Positions 60,866 through 64,000 of a stretch of 64,000 nt of DNA are shown in pieces (the stretch's first letter is position 1; each line of letters opens with the position of its first letter). This DNA comes from Catajapyx aquilonaris (Eukaryota), in contig JYFJ02002748.1 in the NCBI GenBank assembly GCA_000934665.2, positions 1-64,000 of the forward strand, in the 5' to 3' direction. The notes under the pieces are model-generated. The model saw nothing but the letters and a program-made list of their open reading frames with translations, made no database searches and was not told the origin of the DNA. The position numbers were made by a program, and so were the translations under genes.

Positions 60866-62345
60866 GGGGAGACCAGGACTAGATGGCACACTTTTTACAT
60901 TTCATTTTGTTCTGAGGTCAGTAAAGACTTATTCACTGCAGTTTTTATACTGATAAATACTTTAGACATTTGAGAATATATGTGATATTTTCGCATGGTT
61001 GTATTTTAGATATGCTATCCACTAGAAATTACAGCAAAACTTCCATAAGTCGAACTTCCCTAAGTCGAAGTTCTCTATAAGTAGAAGAAAATGATGAGCT
61101 TGGTTGGTCACAATGTAAAATAATGGGAAATAAACTCCCCTAACTCGAAGTTCTCCATAACTCGAAGTGCAGGCAGGGCCTTACCATGGGATAGCAATGC
61201 ATTTTCAGTCTCCCTAAGTAGAAGTTCATGTTGGTGAGTACGGAAAATTTGCTCATTTCCCAGTCGAAGGGTCGAGAGTAGGCCACGTGTACAGAAAGGC
61301 TCAATTTCCTGATTCTCAATTTCTCCGTCTACCAGACGTACCGCACGAAGTGTTTGACTCGATTGTGGCAATGGAATCCTTGAATCTAAGAGTACACAAT
61401 GCACATAACTTTTTTTTGCAACAAAACAACGAGGAACATTGTAAAGGTGATAGTGACAGTTATTTTCCAGTTTTGAAAACCTTTCGTTGCTGGATATAAA
61501 GGTAGGCTTCCATATAAAGTTCTGTGCTTTAAAAAATCCAAACTTCTCTAACTCAAATCTTCTATAACTCGAAGTCTTTTCCAGTCCCATGGAGATTCGA
61601 CTTATGGAAGTTTTACTGCTATTTAAAAAGTCTCCCCACATGTGCCATCGTGACCCGTGGCCGCGGCATGATGGCACAAGGCATGTTGGCACAGTCATAT
61701 AAGGCTAAGGAAGGGCTTATGAAATAATATGAAAATCACATACATTATCGATTCATATCAATATAGTTGCAAGAGAATACAAAGATATTACAAAGATATT
61801 TAAAACTTTTTGCCTGCAGGATAACATAGCGTTTCCTCCAGCTAATAAGGAGCAAGTAGATGGCAATTGGGGAAGGTGCATGGGCCCGGCCTAATAAGTT
61901 ACAGGGGAGAGGCACTAGAGCCTGCCATGGTCCGCCAAAGTTGATAGGGACATGTGTCAACATGCCCCAAGCAAAATGTGCCAACATGCCTCATAGGGAT
62001 TTTTTTACCTTTCGAGTTCTCCTGCTCTTGAGTGACAAATATATTAAATGGACATATATGCTGTCATTTTGTAGGCAGATATTCTGCCTTGCAAACTCAT
62101 TGTGCTGGGTGATCTAGTTGGAAGAAGAAAAAAACCTACTGAAAATTGGAAATTTACTCAAATGGTCAAAAACCGACAAAATCGGTACTGCCGCCAGCAT
62201 CTTTTGCGATTGAATTGAAAATAGGATGTAATGTGGTATGTGGAGCATGTCTAACTGCACCTACCACATAAGCATCAGGTCCGTGAACCTAATGGCGAAT
62301 GGCCTATTCACAAATTTGACTGTGCCATTGTGCCCCGGTCTCCCC
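60866..62345. mobile_element. Tc1/mariner-superfamily (pogo-like) non-autonomous element, TA-flanked
   Basis: TA-GGGGAGACCAGGACTAGATGGCACA ... TGTGCCATTGTGCCCCGGTCTCCCC-TA. Confidence 0.7.
61032..61618. mobile_element. Tigger-type MITE nested in the previous element
   Basis: TA-CAGCAAAACTTCCATAAGTCGAA ... TTCGACTTATGGAAGTTTTACTG; internal TAA(C/G)TCGAAGTTCTC repeats. Confidence 0.8.
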
Positions 62346-62349
62346 TATA

Positions 62350-62494
62350 CAAGGGGGTAACAACTTCGTGGAACAGATGTACAGGGTCCCGCTGGAACCA
62401 GCTTGGAACTGGTCTGGAAGCAGGCTGGAACCAGGTGGAATCACCTGGTTCCAGGATCTGGTGTACCCTTTTTTGGGGAGTTGTTACCCCCTTG
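62350..62494. mobile_element. MITE with 16-bp perfect TIR and 8-bp TSD (hAT or P superfamily)
   Basis: CAAGGGGGTAACAACT ... AGTTGTTACCCCCTTG flanked by CCCCTATA at 62342-62349 and 62495-62502; internal TGGAAC(CAG) repeats. Confidence 0.85.
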
Positions 62495-63389
62495 CCCCTA
62501 TATCAATAATCTGGTGCTCAGAGAAGATGCTGGCACTTGAAAGATGATTTTTTTTTTACACATATTTTACCTTTGAACAATTGTATTTTTTGATTGAAGG
62601 GACTATTTCATCACAACTAATTATAATGCAACAATATTTCCACCTCTTGTAAAAAGCAAGAACTAACTGATATCTGGGAGAGATTAGTTTATGGGATAAA
62701 TCCTGCAACAGACGAATCACTAGAATTTTTTCTACTGACTCAAGGAGTCTTGTCCACTGTTAGGCTGGGTCATATGCACTGTCTGGCATTGCTCACTTTG
62801 ACAAATGTGTAACCAACTGCATACATCGACATAAAATATTTTGGAGAACCATGCACATTTCTTAGTTACGAAACTGGCATCTCAAATCTTTTGTGCTAAT
62901 CAATCGATTGAACATGGTGAGACAATTTTATTGCACACATTACACATTCTTGACAAAAGATATGGAAACTTATAAGCATAAAATGGATATGTGCAGGTAT
63001 CTCAGACCTTTCCACATGTGACAGTGCATTCACCATGCCCAATTACCCTTAAAATAGGTAACATTAATTTTTTACAGATTTGAACTACTTGACTCCCAGT
63101 CAACTCGTTTATCTTAGAGGTTTATACCAACTTACAAACAACAAACCATCAGACCCTGGTGAGATCTAAATAGCAAATGGTCATGTTTGTCAAAACATGA
63201 TTTCTTCAATATCTCACACATCACTGCAACAATTTATCAGTACATTATGCCTCTCTAAAATCAACATGTAGCTGAACATTATGTTCATTCCCTGTGCTCA
63301 TAATTGGAAAAATATTAACCATGACAATGAAGATGACCTTATTCTCCTTACTGTTATTAGTCATGATGCACTTCTATCACACAAGTATT

Positions 63390-64000
63390 TCACTTGAAGA
63401 AGTTGATGTGTTCGTCATTGGGAAGTGGATTTAGATTGATAACCTCACGATATATATCCCACCCCTGCTTCTCAATCACAATGGACACTTTATCCTGAGG
63501 CCTACGTCTAGGCCTTATTCTACTAGTTACAGTGGCAGGCTTGCCATAAGACATGATATCTGAAAGCTGCAAACAAATCTCTTTACCATCTCGCAACTCA
63601 TTTGCCTCAAAGTAACTAATATGGGAGCTGAGCATGTTCTTCTTCAAAAGATCTTTTATAATCACTGTAAGAATTGAAACACCTTTGACTTTCACATATT
63701 CCAGCTTGGGAGAGGTGAGAAGCATGTTTAGGTTATTGCACGTAACTTGACAGGTGCCTTCACTACACAGATCTTCAAGTTCAGTTATCTTCAACTTCCT
63801 CAAATGCTGAAATGGTTCACTGATTGTGTATGATGAATGTTGTGATGAATGTGTATGATGGAATGAACATAAGTAGGAGTTCGAAGTCAATGTCAGCTCC
63901 TGCAAATTTGGACATGCCAACCTAAAGTAATTCAAGGGCACTTTATATAGCCCATCAAGTTTGAGAACTGTCAATCCCTGCCCACAATCCCCTGCAAATT
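63390..64000 (-). CDS. Second LRR protein paralog, 3' part only (runs off the window)
   Basis: DCGQGLTVLKL...ACPNLQELTL...EPFQHLRKLKI...MLLTSPKLEYVKV aligns with DCGKGLTVLKL...ACPNLQELTL...EPFEHLIKLKI...MLLTSPKLEYVKA of the 58.7-59.9 kb gene. Confidence 0.82.
   Translation of the reverse strand, partial: FAGDCGQGLTVLKLDGLYKVPLNYFRLACPNLQELTLTSNSYLCSFHHTHSSQHSSYTISEPFQHLRKLKITELEDLCSEGTCQVTCNNLNMLLTSPKLEYVKVKGVSILTVIIKDLLKKNMLSSHISYFEANELRDGKEICLQLSDIMSYGKPATVTSRIRPRRRPQDKVSIVIEKQGWDIYREVINLNPLPNDEHINFFK

Noticed and set aside
61108..61698. 196-aa ORF as a transposase
   Set aside because: It runs through a MITE's TIR and internal repeats and has no DDE or HTH motifs.

Overview
Eukaryotic, intron-rich DNA that looks like an arthropod (probably a hemimetabolous insect; this is inferred from gene content and repeat types). 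The first 28 kb is a compact gene block. It holds a 3-exon HRG-1/SLC48A1 heme transporter on the minus strand, head-to-head with a tandem array of three CARD-prodomain (Dronc/caspase-2/9-like) initiator caspases that share the same 8-coding-exon structure, followed by an 8-coding-exon USF3-like bHLH-zip gene (about 1647 aa) that needs one GC-AG intron. The middle caspase keeps the catalytic His/Cys dyad but has replaced all three residues of the Asp-binding S1 pocket. The stretch from about 28.5 to 58.5 kb has no recognisable intact gene. It carries MITEs, microsatellites, decayed reading frames and unusual structured motifs, including a 17-nt motif found both as a perfect hairpin and as a 27-bp-period tandem array, and a cluster of YY1/PHO sites. 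The last 5.5 kb has two tandem paralogous leucine-rich-repeat genes on the minus strand, separated by nested MITEs. All gene models were built by eye from splice signals and reading-frame continuity; no database search was run.
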